A DNA stretch of 64,000 nt. Source: Eledone cirrhosa (Eukaryota). Below, in pieces: positions 1-12,795 of the stretch. Every line of letters begins with the position of its first letter. The first letter of the stretch is position 1. Below the pieces are notes generated by a model, which was given only the letters and a program-made list of their open reading frames with translations, was not told the origin of the DNA and made no database searches. A program made the position numbers and the translations under genes. The stretch covers positions 558,001 to 622,000 of the forward strand of contig OZ024762.1 in the NCBI GenBank assembly GCA_964016885.1. Reading direction: 5' to 3'.

Positions 1-106
1 TATATGTATATATATATATATATGTATATATATATACATATATATGTATATATGTATGTATATATATATATATATGTATGTATATGTATGTATATATATA
101 TATATG

Positions 107-178
<72 letters not shown>

Positions 179-3086
179 ATAATAATGATACTATTTATAG
201 TTATGTATATACTATATACAACTATAAACAGGAAAGGTCAGTCATTTATTACTACCTTATTACCAGTAAGAAAAATAGCTCAATGTAAATACATCGGATG
301 TTTTATAGAGCAGGAATTATAAAACGGCATTATAAAGGACTAAAATTACTCTAAAATGTCTAAAAACTGCATCATAAATGAGTGAAATGACACTAAAATG
401 GCTAAAACAGCATCATAAATCACTAATTTTACCCTAAAATGGCTATAAACAGCATCATAAATGACTAGAATTACTCTAAAATGGCTAAAATGACTCTAAA
501 ATGTCTAAAACGGCATCATAAATGACTAAAATGACACTAAAATGGCTAAAACGGCATCATAAATCACTAATTTGACCCTAAAATGACTAAAACGCCATCA
601 TAAATGAATAAAATGACCCAAACATTGCTGAAAACGCCATCATAAATGACAAAATGACTCTGAAATGGATAAAACGGCATCATATATGTTGAAAATGATT
701 CTAAAATGGCATCATGATTTACTAAAATTACTCTAAAATGGCTAAAACGGCATCATAAATGGCTAAAATTGATAAAACGGCGCCATAAATGAATAAGATG
801 ACTCTGAAATGAATAAAACGGTATCATAAACGACTAAAATGACACTAAAATCGCATCATAAATGACTAAAATGACCCTAAATTGGCTAAAACGGCATCAT
901 AAAGTATTAAAATGACCCTAAAATGGATAAAATGGCATCATAAATGACTAAAATGACACTAAAATGGCTAAAACGGCATCATAAATCACTAATTTTACCC
1001 TAAAATGGCTATAAACAGCATCATAAATGACTAGAATTACTCTAAAATGGCTAAAATGACTCTAAAATGTCTAAAACAGCATCATAAATGACTAAAATGA
1101 CACTAAAATGGCTAAAACGGCATCATAAATCACTAATTTGACCCTAAAATGGCTAAAACGGCATCATAAATGAATAAAATGACCCAAACATTGTTGAAAA
1201 CGCCATCACAAATGACAAAATGACTCTGAAATGGATAAAACGGCATCATAGATGTTGAAAATGATTCTAAAATGGCATCATGATTTACTAAAATTACTCT
1301 AAAATGGCTAAAACAGCATCATAAATGGCTAAAATTGAAAAAACAGTGCCATAAATGAATAAGATAACTCTGAAATGAATAAAACGGCATCATAAACGAC
1401 TAAAATGACACTAAAATCGCATCATAAATGACTAAAATGACATTAAAATGGCTAAAACGGCATCATAAATGAATAAAATGACTAAAAGGGAATCATGAAT
1501 GAAGAAAATGACACTAAAATGGCTAAAACTGCATCATAAGTGAATTAAATGACTCTAATATGGCTAAATCGGCATCATAAGAGAATAAAATGACTCTAAT
1601 ATGTCTAAAACGGTATCATAAATGACTAAAATGACTCTAAAAAGGCTAAAACAGCATCATGAACAATAAAATGACTCTAAAATGGCTAAAATGGAATGAT
1701 GATTGACTAAATTTACTCTGAAATGGCTAAAACAGCATGATAAATGACTAAAATGGCTAAAACAGCATTATATATTAGTAAAATAACTCTACAACTGCTA
1801 AAACACTATTGTAAATGACTCAAATGATTCCAAAATTGCTACAACGGCAACATAAATGACTAACATAACACTAAAATGGCTAAAACGAAATCATAAATGA
1901 CTAAAATGACCCTATAGTGGCTAAAACGGTATCATAAATGACGGACATGACACTAAAATGAGTAAAATGGCATCATAAATGACTAAAATGACTCTAAAAT
2001 GGCAATAACGGCATCATAAATGACTCAAATAACTCTAATATGGCTAAAACGGCATCATGAATGACTAAAATAACTCTAAAATGGCTAAAACGGCATCATG
2101 AATAACTAAAATAACTCTAAAATGGCTAACACGGCATCATAAAGGACTAAAATGACTTGAAATTGCTAAAACGGCATCATAAATGGCTGAAATGCCGCTA
2201 AAATGTGTAAAACCAGCATTATAAATTATTAAATGACTCTAAAATATGTAAAACGGCATCATAAATTACTAAAATGACTCTAAATTGGCAATAACGTCAT
2301 CATAAATGACTAAAATCGGCATCATGAATGAATAAAATGATCCTGAACTGGCTAAAACCGCATCATAAATGACTAAAACGGCATCATAAATGTATAAAAT
2401 GACTCTAAAATGGCTAAAACGGTATCATAAATGACTCTAAAATGAATATAAATAGCATCATAAATGCCTAAAATTACTCGAAAATGGCTAGAATGACCCT
2501 AAAATGGCTAAAACGGATTCATAAAGCATTAAAATGACCCCAAAATGGATAAAACGGCATCATAAATGAATAAAATGACACAAACATTGCTGAAAACTCC
2601 ATTATAAATGGCAAAATGGCTCATAGATGTTTAAAATGATTCTAAATTGGTATTATGATTTACTAAAATTACTCTAAAATTGATAAAACGGCATCATAAA
2701 TGACTAAAACGCCACGAAACTCGCTAAAACGGCATCATAAAAGACTAAAAGAACTCCAAAATGGCTAAATTGCATCATAAATGTGTAAAATGACACTAAA
2801 ATGGCTATAAACAGCATCATAAATGACTAAAATGATTCTAAAATGGCTAAAACGGCATCATAAATGAATAAAATGACCCCAAAATTGCAGAAAACGCCAT
2901 CATAAATGACAAAATGACTCTAAAATGGCTAAAACTGCATTATAAAAGATTAAAATGAGACTAAAACGACATCATAAATGACTAAAATGACTCTAAAATA
3001 TCTAAAAACTGCATAAATGAGTGAAATGACACTAAAATGGCTAAAACGGCATCATAAATCACTAAAATGATCCTATCTATCTATCT

Positions 3087-3267
3087 TGTTGAGGGTTGTT
3101 CTATCGACGGGGTATTAAACAACCCATTTGTGGCGCCTCCCCCCTATTGGGGATTTCGATTGTTGGAATTGTTTGTTTTTATATTTTTTTACACGACTGT
3201 ATGTAAAATCCCCGGCATGTCTTTGTATTGTCCCCTTTCTTGTTGCGCCCTTGTGGCTAATAAAGAA
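3087..3267 (+). mobile_element. Short retroposon-like 3' fragment inside the (TCTA)n tail of the RTE copy
   Basis: Non-satellite 180 bp ending GCCCTTGTGGCTAATAAAG, flanked on both sides by TCTATCT. Family assignment is uncertain. Confidence 0.45.
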
Positions 3268-3817
3268 ATCTATCTAAGGCGGGTAAAATTCCCGAGATCC
3301 ATGGACGAGTTCTCTCCAGCGGTCTCTGTCCCTCATTATCGCTGCCATATCCTGCATCTCCAACAGACCAGTGTCTGTCCTTAGGGCATCAACATATGTT
3401 AACCTTGGTCTTCCTCTTCTAGTGTGTCCATGTAGGGGCTCCCAAAGGAGCACTGAGTGCAATGTCAACTCTGGATGTCGGTGAGCATGTCCAGCCAACC
3501 TCAGTCTCAGATTGGGAATACGGAGGATGATGTGGTTGAGAGGAAGAGCAAGGCCTGGGCGGCGTGCCACAGCTTGAGATCGGTGTGGAAGTCGGACCTT
3601 CGTAGAGACCTGAAAGTCCGCCTCTTCATTGCTGTAGTGGAGTCTGTGCTGCTGTATGGGTCTGAGACTTGGACACTGACCAAGAAACTCACTCAGATGG
3701 TGGATGGGTGCTACACGAGAATGCTGAGGATGGCTCTGAACATTGATCAGTATACACTGAGGATGAAAAACTCAGAGCTGTATGGGAGCATCCCAAAAGT
3801 CAGCTCCAAAGTGACAC
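3268..3817 (-). mobile_element. 5'-truncated, 5'-inverted RTE-clade LINE
   Basis: Minus 3510-3274 gives RLRLAGHAHRH...GRPRLTYVDAL...DRDRWR plus a (TAGA)n tail. Plus 3510-3817 gives the preceding ORF part (VESVLLYGSETWTL...KVTQ). AAAATGATCCTA is duplicated at 3064-3075 and 3818-3829. Confidence 0.88.
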
Positions 3818-4128
3818 AAAATGATCCTAAAATGGATAAAACGGCATCATAAAAGACTAAAATGACTAAAACGGCATCATAAATGCGTAGAATGACTATA
3901 AACAGCATCGTAAATGACTAAAATGACTCTAAATGGCTAAAACGGCATCATAAATGAATAAAAATACCCAAAATTGCCGAAAACGGCAACATAACTGACA
4001 AAATGACTCTAAAATGGCTAAACCGGCACCATATATGACTAAAATGACTCTAAAATGGATAAACCGGCACCATATATGACTAAAATGACCCTAAAATGGC
4101 TAAAACAGCATCATAAATCACTAATATT

Positions 4129-4554
4129 TATGTATATATATATATGTGTATATATATACATATATGTGTATATATATATATGTTTATATGTATATATGTG
4201 TGTATATATGTGTATATATATATATATGTATATGTATATATGTGTATATATATATACATATATATGTGTATATATATATGTATATATATGTATATATATA
4301 CATATATATATATGTGTATATGTATATGTATATATGTATATACATATATATGTGTATATATATATGTATATGAATATATGTATATATATATATATATATG
4401 TGTGTATATATATATATATGTATATGTATATATGTATATATATACATATGTATATATATATACATATATATGTATATATATATGTGTATATATGTATATG
4501 TATATATATGTATATATATATACATATATATGTATATATATATATATGTATGTC

Positions 4555-4590
<36 letters not shown>

Positions 4591-4626
4591 TGTATGTATA
4601 TATATATGTATGTATATATATATATG

Positions 4627-4713
<87 letters not shown>

Positions 4714-4834
4714 TTATATATATATATATATATGTATGTATATGTATGTATATATATATATGTATGTGTGTGTATATATATATATATGTATGTATGTATA
4801 TATATATATGTATATATATATATATGTATGTATG

Positions 4835-4867
<33 letters not shown>

Positions 4868-4886
4868 GTGTATATATATGTATATA

Positions 4887-4939
<53 letters not shown>

Positions 4940-4954
4940 ATATATATGTATATA

Positions 4955-5021
<67 letters not shown>

Positions 5022-5025
5022 TTAT

Positions 5026-5063
<38 letters not shown>

Positions 5064-5255
5064 GTGTATATATATATATATTTATATATATATATATAAA
5101 TAAAATAGAATAACAGGAGGCTGGACTGGTGTAAATCCTTGAAAGGTTTGTTATACTATGATCATTGCAATGACCGAGTTCCATATGAATCCGGTGACAT
5201 CATCAGGTATTGGAATATAACAAAGGAATATGTAAAAACCTAAAAAAACCTAAAG

Positions 5256-5290
<35 letters not shown>

Positions 5291-5318
5291 TATATATATG
5301 TATATATACATATATATA

Positions 5319-5355
<37 letters not shown>

Positions 5356-5390
5356 GTGTGTATATGTATATATATATATATATATATGTG

Positions 5391-5465
<75 letters not shown>

Positions 5466-5802
5466 GTGTGTATATATACATATGTGTATATATATATATG
5501 TTTATATGTATATATATATGTGTGTATATGTATATATATATATATGTATATGTATATATGTATATATATATACATATATATGTGTATATATATATGTATA
5601 TATATGTATATATATATATATACATATATACATATATATGTGCATATGTATATGTATATATGTATATATATATATGTATATGAATATATATGTATATAAG
5701 TACATATATATATGTGTGTATATATATATACATATGTATATATATATACATATATATGTATATATATATATATATGTGTATATATGTATATGTATATATA
5801 TG

Positions 5803-5833
<31 letters not shown>

Positions 5834-5964
5834 GTGTATATATGTATATGTATATATATGTATATATATATATATATGTATATATATATACATATATATG
5901 TATATATGTATGTATATATATATATATATGTATGTATATGTATGTATATATATATATATGTATG

Positions 5965-6040
<76 letters not shown>
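4129..6040. repeat. Long interrupted (TA)n/(TATG)n microsatellite; many similar tracts occur across the window
   Basis: Seen directly. Such tracts explain the [12 protein letters not shown] ORFs in the track. Confidence 0.97.
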
Positions 6041-6042
<2 letters not shown>

Positions 6043-7210
6043 ATAATAATGATACTATTTATAGTTATGTATATACTATATACAACTATAAACAGGAAAG
6101 GTCAGTCATTTATTACTACCTTATTACCAGTAAGAAAAATAGCTCAATGTAAATACATCGGATGTTTTATAGAGCAGGAATATAAATTACACAATAATCA
6201 AAGTTATGTTCAAATCATTTAATTGCTGACAATCGTTTCTTCCAAACTTTCGTTTGGAGTCATCGGAACACCAGCAATGTCCTCCAAAACGAATTTACAA
6301 AAAAAACACGAGGATATCATGAAGGGAACTAGAAATATATTATTTAACAACTTAAATAATAAAAAGAAATACGCTATTTGTGTGAGGGGTGTTATGGAAT
6401 GTAAGGTATGGCAGATGCTAAACAGAACTAACGTTTAAATCATTATTTCTGACATTATAGAGGCAAATAAACAGAAAATGTTTCAATAAAACTGATCAAC
6501 ATAAAATAAAGCTTTACTTTACCTCCGTAAAATTAGTAAAATCCAAGTGTTTAACATTTTTTTGTTCACGTTGGAAAACATGAAGTTCTTCTAGCCGTCA
6601 TTTTATTTTTTCTAAACAGAGTTACCTGAAGTACACATGCACAAAGTATTTATGTGAAGCGTCGGGCTTTACAACTGTGAGTTCGATTCTCAGAGCGGGC
6701 TTTGCATTGTGTTCATGAACAAGACACTTTATTGATTATATATATATATATATAATGAAAAAAAAACCAAGACCAACAACTTAATTCTTTTACTTTCTAC
6801 ACATGTTCCTATACAGGTGACAATTTTATTCACAATAAATTAGCAAATATTTACACAAGACATAATACATATAACAACTGCATATCATCAGGAAATATAA
6901 GGAGGAATAAAGTTTACAAAATTTAAACAATAAGAATAGATTCCATATCGAATATTGGACGTAAGGCATAATTATTTCCAAAATGGCTTACCGAATTCAC
7001 ACATGTATTTTTTTTCTCATTTTTTTCTTTCCTTCCTCTACTCATTCTTTTTTGTTTTTTCCATTTTATATTTTATTCTATCTTCTGATGAAGGACTAGT
7101 GTCCAAAACGTCAAAACTCTTTTCCTGTTATTTCAACCGTTAATATATCTCTTCAATGTACTGTGTCGTTTGGTTTGTTATTTCTGTTTACTTTTTACAT
7201 ACATACACTC

Positions 7211-7267
<57 letters not shown>

Positions 7268-7461
7268 TGATATTAAATAAATGGAAACTATATTTATAAA
7301 ATCATATTTATTCTATCTATAAATATAGTTTCTATTTATTTAATATCAATTGAATACTTACTCCAGAAATCTGCTTTGAATCAGTTGAAAACATCTATAT
7401 TTGTTGGATTTCCAACAAATTAAATATCTCTTATATATATATATAAACAAATTCAGAAACG

Positions 7462-7511
<50 letters not shown>

Positions 7512-7520
7512 GTGTGTGTG

Positions 7521-7561
<41 letters not shown>

Positions 7562-7879
7562 CAGGAAAGAAGGTTGACATGGCGATCGAGTAACGCGAAA
7601 ATAAGCGAATAGCGATCTCTAGACCTACCAGTTCAGAGAAACAATTGTCAGCTATGAGATTAAAAACCTTTTTTGTATAGCAAACCATGTCAACCTTCTT
7701 TCCTGATTTATTATTACTCCAAGTGTTTACAACATAGGAATTACGGCATACCCGCAGCATCACTATGAAAACGCCTTGTTGAGTCAAACCAAGCCAAGCG
7801 TTAATATCATCCACTACCTGGAATACCATAACTGGACTTTACCTAAGTGGACTGCATTTAACTATTATTTGTTACCCCG

Positions 7880-7911
<32 letters not shown>

Positions 7912-8361
7912 ATACTGTATATACTCGTATATAAATCGATGGAGAAATGGTGGTCACCTTATATTCAAAGTCAAAATTTGATGATTTTTTACTGAATTCA
8001 AAACTCTATGTTAATGAGGGGCTAAAATATTTTGGTTTTGCAGGTGAATATTACACCTGTTTCACTTTGGAGGTGAATATTACACCTGTTTCACTTTGGA
8101 GGTGTATATTACATCTGTTTTACTTGTGAAACAAAAACTATACTTAGAACATTTTAACCCTTTAGCATTTAAACCGATCATATCCGACCAGAATTCTCTC
8201 ACCTCTTTCCTTTCAAACCGACCACTCATACTGATGTTAAGGTATTGTTCTCAAAATAAATATCAAAATCTCATTGATTAGCTGCCTTGGGGTAAACAGA
8301 ATTTTGGATTGGCTTATATATGCAGATCGACCTATATTCGAGTATATGAGGTATATGAGGT

Positions 8362-8401
<40 letters not shown>

Positions 8402-8402
8402 T

Positions 8403-8444
<42 letters not shown>

Positions 8445-8499
8445 CACATACATATATATATATACACATACACATATATATATATGCACACATACACAT

Positions 8500-8553
<54 letters not shown>

Positions 8554-8554
8554 G

Positions 8555-8652
<98 letters not shown>

Positions 8653-8939
8653 CATGTATATATGAGTCCCAGGTTCAATGTGGGGGTAACCACAGTTAGT
8701 AAGGTACTCAATACATTAGTAGAGTGTAAACATCAAGTTTAATATAGAAATGGCTTCTACAGGACTAGAACTGTTTCATTGAAAAGAAATCATTAGGAAA
8801 GCCATTTCCTGATATATATATGTAAAATGTGTATGCATATATAATGTGTGTATACATTATACATATATATATATATGTATGTATAATGTGTATGTATATA
8901 TATATCTTTGTATATATGTGTGTATAGATTATATATATA

Positions 8940-9007
<68 letters not shown>

Positions 9008-9008
9008 A

Positions 9009-9058
<50 letters not shown>

Positions 9059-9088
9059 ATAATGTGTATGTATATATATATATCTTTG

Positions 9089-9119
<31 letters not shown>

Positions 9120-9222
9120 GAGAGGTGTGGTATAGTATATATGAAGATTTCTTCTCTTCGGTAATGCGGCAGTATGTTTGTTCACCCTATTTTGTGGTGT
9201 GTGAGGTGCCAGAACTGTGTCC

Positions 9223-9447
9223 CTACCGTCGACAGTGCTCACAGCCACATCTCATAATATATCTGTATGTAGCGTAGACCACTTCACCGTTCTGGCACTG
9301 AAGACGGACAGCCTTCATAATGGAGAGTTTATCACGACAACATGAACACATATAGTGGAACGGTTCCATTAGAATTGGTGAGAAAGTTATGACTGGTTGA
9401 GTTTTTGACTTGGTACAGTGGCCCTTACAACGGGTTAGTAACATCTT
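9223..9447 (-). CDS. NDP: Norrin-like protein, last coding exon
   Basis: KMLLTRCKGHCTKSKTQPVITFSPILMEPFHYMCSCCRDKLSIMKAVRLQCQNGEVVYATYRYIMRCGCEHCRR* aligns with human [75 protein letters not shown] with one 1-aa gap. (CT)n tract + CAG acceptor at 9450-9448, phase 0. TAG stop at 9225-9223. Confidence 0.93.
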   Translation of the reverse strand, partial: KMLLTRCKGHCTKSKTQPVITFSPILMEPFHYMCSCCRDKLSIMKAVRLQCQNGEVVYATYRYIMRCGCEHCRR

Positions 9448-9859
9448 CTGCAAGAGATGAGAGAGAGAGAGTCAGACAGTGAGTGAGATGGAGAGAGGGA
9501 GGGAGAGGGAGGGAGAGAGAGACAGACAGTGAGGGAGAGAGTGAGGGAGAGGTAGTGAGAGAGAGAGACAGACAGAGAGAGGGAGAGCAAGAAAGAAGGA
9601 CAGAGCATAGCGCCATCTAGTGTGTTCAAACCAACAACATTACACTTGTAAGTCCAACATGAAATGAAGTGTCTTGCTCAAGAACACAACCCAGTCCAAG
9701 AAAGGAACCCATGACATTCTGATCATAAGTCCAACACCCTCACCACTGGGCCTCGCTAGACTTCCCCCTAGACAGGACACCAGTTCATCGCAGGGTTAAA
9801 CCCCCAGATATTGCTGGTACCCATTTACAACTGAGTATACTGGAGCAACGTGAAATGAA

Positions 9860-10010
9860 GTCTGAGACTTGGACTCTGACCAAGAGACTCAGTAAAATGT
9901 TGGGTGGGTGTTACATGAGGATGCTAAGTATGGCTGTGAACAGTAGTATACACTGAGGGTGAAGAACTCAGAGCGGGAGCCTCCCAAATGTCAGCTCGAA
10001 AATGACACAG
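9860..10010 (+). mobile_element. RTE LINE fragment, same family as the 3.5-kb copy
   Basis: TCTGAGACTTGGACTCTGACCAAG...GTCAGCTCGAAAATGACACAG is homologous to 3661-3818. Confidence 0.8.
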
Positions 10011-10740
10011 TTTAATATTTAGAGTAGATTATCTCCCTTGTACTGATATAATTTCGTCAGTGAAATTTCTTAACTAACTCGATACAATCCGTCTCCATCT
10101 TCTGAACATCCTACTTAAGAACTTACGACACAGATATGAACAGTCTCGCAAAGAAAAAACAAGAAATGTTGTCTGTGTTTGGAATTCGCGTTTTTGTGGG
10201 CTCTCTGGGGCCCTGGGTTCCTTCTTTTGCAGCATAAAAACAAGCTAAAAACTATAGCACAAAACAGTGGCTGATGTTCCATTTGCTATGCTGTGTGTGT
10301 GAGTGTATGTATATGTGTGTGTTTTGTAAATGTTATGTATGTGTTTGTGTGAATGTATGTCTGTGTGTCTGTGATTTGCGCATTTATATTTATATACTCA
10401 TACATATAAATATATGCATATGCACACACACACACACACACACACGCACACACACACACGCGCACACACACACACACACGCACACACACACATATATATG
10501 CTTCAGCGTGTTGAAAAGTTTTCTAGTGTATTCTAAACCCTACTATTTACACCTTCTCTTACATAGCTCCCTCTGGTATATTAAAACATGTAAAGTAAAT
10601 TGTTTGGATGTTATTGGACTCTGATGAGTTAATCTTTTGAGAATGAATTTAATTTCATCCTTGATTAGTCAAGTGAAACAGTTGTAAGTCTATATCATAT
10701 TTTAATTATATGTTTTTATGAATATATATAAATATATATC

Positions 10741-10814
<74 letters not shown>

Positions 10815-10933
10815 TATATATATATAATTGTGTGTATTTTAGGATCAGGTACGTATGTATTCGGGGCAGGTGTGTGTGTATTGGGAGCAGGTGTATGCAT
10901 GTTTTTATGTGTGTATAAGGGGATTAACCAGAG

Positions 10934-11846
10934 TTAAACCGGCCATATCCAGCCAGAAATCTCTCACCTCTTTCTGTTTAAACTGGCTGTAACTGCCCAC
11001 TCATACTGATGTTAAGTTATTGTTCTCAAAACAAATAATATCAAAATCTCATAGATTTGATATTACGTAAGGTAAAGCCTTTACTGTGAAAATACAATAG
11101 TATATATAGAGCAATGTAAATGTTATGTGAGATATTATGCAGGGTAAAGCCTTTACTGTGAAAATACAATAGTATATATAGAGTAATGTAAATGTTATGT
11201 AAGATATTATGTGAGGTAAAGCCTTTACTGTGAAAATACAATAGTATATATAGAGTAATGTAAATGTTATGTAAGATATTATGTGAGGTAAAGCCTTTAC
11301 TGTGAAAATACAATAGTAATATAGAGTAATGTAAATGTTATGTGAGATATTATGTGAGGTAAAGCCTTTAATGTGAAAATACAATAGTATATATAGAGTA
11401 ATGTAAATGTTATGTAAGATATTATGTGAGGTAAAGCCTTTACTGTGAAAATACAATAGTAATATAGAGTAATGTAAATGTTATGTAAGATATTATGTGA
11501 GGTAAAGCCTTTAATGTGAAAATACAATAGTATATATAGAGTAATGTAAATGTTATGTAAGATATTATGTGAGGTAAAGCCTTTACTGTGAAAATACAAT
11601 AGTAATATAGAGTAATGTAAATGTTATGTAAGATATTATGTGAGGTAAAGCCTTTACTGTGAAAATACAATGGTATATATAGAGTAATGTAAATGTTATG
11701 TAAGATATTATGTGAGGTAAAGCCTTTACTGTGAAAATACAAAAGTATATATAGAGTAATGTAAATGTTATGTGAGATATTATGTGAGGTAAAGCCTTTA
11801 TCATGAAAATATAATAGTATATATAATATAAATGGTAAAGGGTTAA
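10934..11846. mobile_element. TTAA-ended (piggyBac-type) MITE containing a 72-bp tandem array of about 10 copies
   Basis: Ends in AAATGGTAAAGGG-TTAA. Body is shared with 8155-8275 and 58195-58455. Unit AGGTAAAGCCTTTACTGTGAAAATACAATAG... gives the 24-aa periodicity in the ORF track. Confidence 0.7.
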
Positions 11847-12029
11847 ACTCCTCTGTTATGGCCTGGAGAACTATAATAAACAGAAAAAGGCTGAACCTTG
11901 GTGGACCCTCCATACATACACTTGTATTGTTAAAGCTTAACACCACATAGAAGATAAGTTCTCGTCTGACGAGACTCGCACCTCAACAAATAGTAAATGC
12001 TAAATGAAATAAGCAGTAGCTTTACTGAC

Positions 12030-12179
12030 CTTATATTCACAATCTTTATATGGGTGTCGAACAACTTCAACAAAATAATGCCTCATACATCTGTTTTGTC
12101 TGCGAGCTGGTGTCATTTGGAGACAGGTGAGAAGTGTCAATGTTATCGCACTCACCTGGCACCAGGTGAGTAAATGCAT
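12030..12179 (-). CDS. NDP: Norrin-like protein, first coding exon (signal peptide + N-terminal cystine-knot part)
   Basis: Manual translation gives MHLLTWCQVSAITLTLLTCLQMTPARRQNRCMRHYFVEVVRHPYKDCEYK (50 codons), comparable to human Norrin [22 protein letters not shown]. Hydrophobic N-terminus. Acceptor ttttattttttcctcgcag ends at 12200 (exon starts 12199, 20 nt of 5'UTR). Donor AAG|GTCAGT at 12030/12029, phase 0. Confidence 0.92.
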
Positions 12180-12310
12180 TCTGTTCTGTTGTCTGTTGTC
12201 TGCGAGGAAAAAATAAAAGTCATTGGAATAGAAAGAATGAAAAATTTCATCAGTTTGGTATTTAAACCAGTTTTAAAGCAGGGCAGGTTACATTTGAGCG
12301 CTACTGGTAT

Positions 12311-12795
12311 TTAACCCTTTAGCATCTACATTACTCTATATATACTATTGTATTATCACAGTAAGGGCTTTACCTCACATAATACCTCACATACCATTTA
12401 CATTACTCTATATATACTGTTGTATTTTCACAGTAAAGGCTTTACCTCACATAATATCTCACATAACATTTACATTACTCTATATATACTATTGTATTAT
12501 CACAGTAAGGGCTTTACCTCACATAATATCTCGCATAACATTTACATTACTCTATATATACTATTGTATTTTCGCAGTAAGGGCTTTACCTCACATAATA
12601 CCTCACATAACATTTACATTACTCTATATATACTATTGTATTGTCACAGTAAAGACTTTACCTCACATAATATCTCACATAACATTTACATTACTCTATA
12701 TATACTATTGTATTTTCACAGTAAAGGCTTTACCTCACATAATATCTCACATAACAATACAATAGTATAGAGTAATGTAATTGCTAAAGGGTTAA
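12311..12795. mobile_element. Complete TTAA-flanked MITE with about 26-bp TIRs and 6 copies of the 72-bp unit, inverted relative to the 11.1-11.8 kb array
   Basis: TTAA-CCCTTTAGCATCTACATTACTCTATA ... TATAGAGTAATGTAATTGCTAAAGGG-TTAA. Confidence 0.82.

Larger units (their letters stand above)
319..4128. repeat. Diverged satellite built from 9-13 bp AAAATG-type subunits (about 41-bp period), interrupted at 3076-3817
   Basis: Recurring AAAATGACTCT/AAAATGGCT/AAAACGGCATCAT/AAATGACT. A higher-order block repeats at about 566 bp offset (CACTAATTTTACCC at 421 and 987). Confidence 0.9.

Noticed and set aside
4055-6222. Long [12 protein letters not shown] ORFs here and throughout the window
   Set aside because: Stop-free translations of (TA)n, (TG)n and (CA)n microsatellites, with no protein-like complexity.
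9223-9453. Bursicon, glycoprotein-hormone or DAN-family identity for the cystine-knot exon; TTG start given in the ORF track
   Set aside because: Cysteine spacing and the CMRH and ATYRYI motifs fit Norrin far better. The TTG lies in the intron, upstream of the CAG acceptor.
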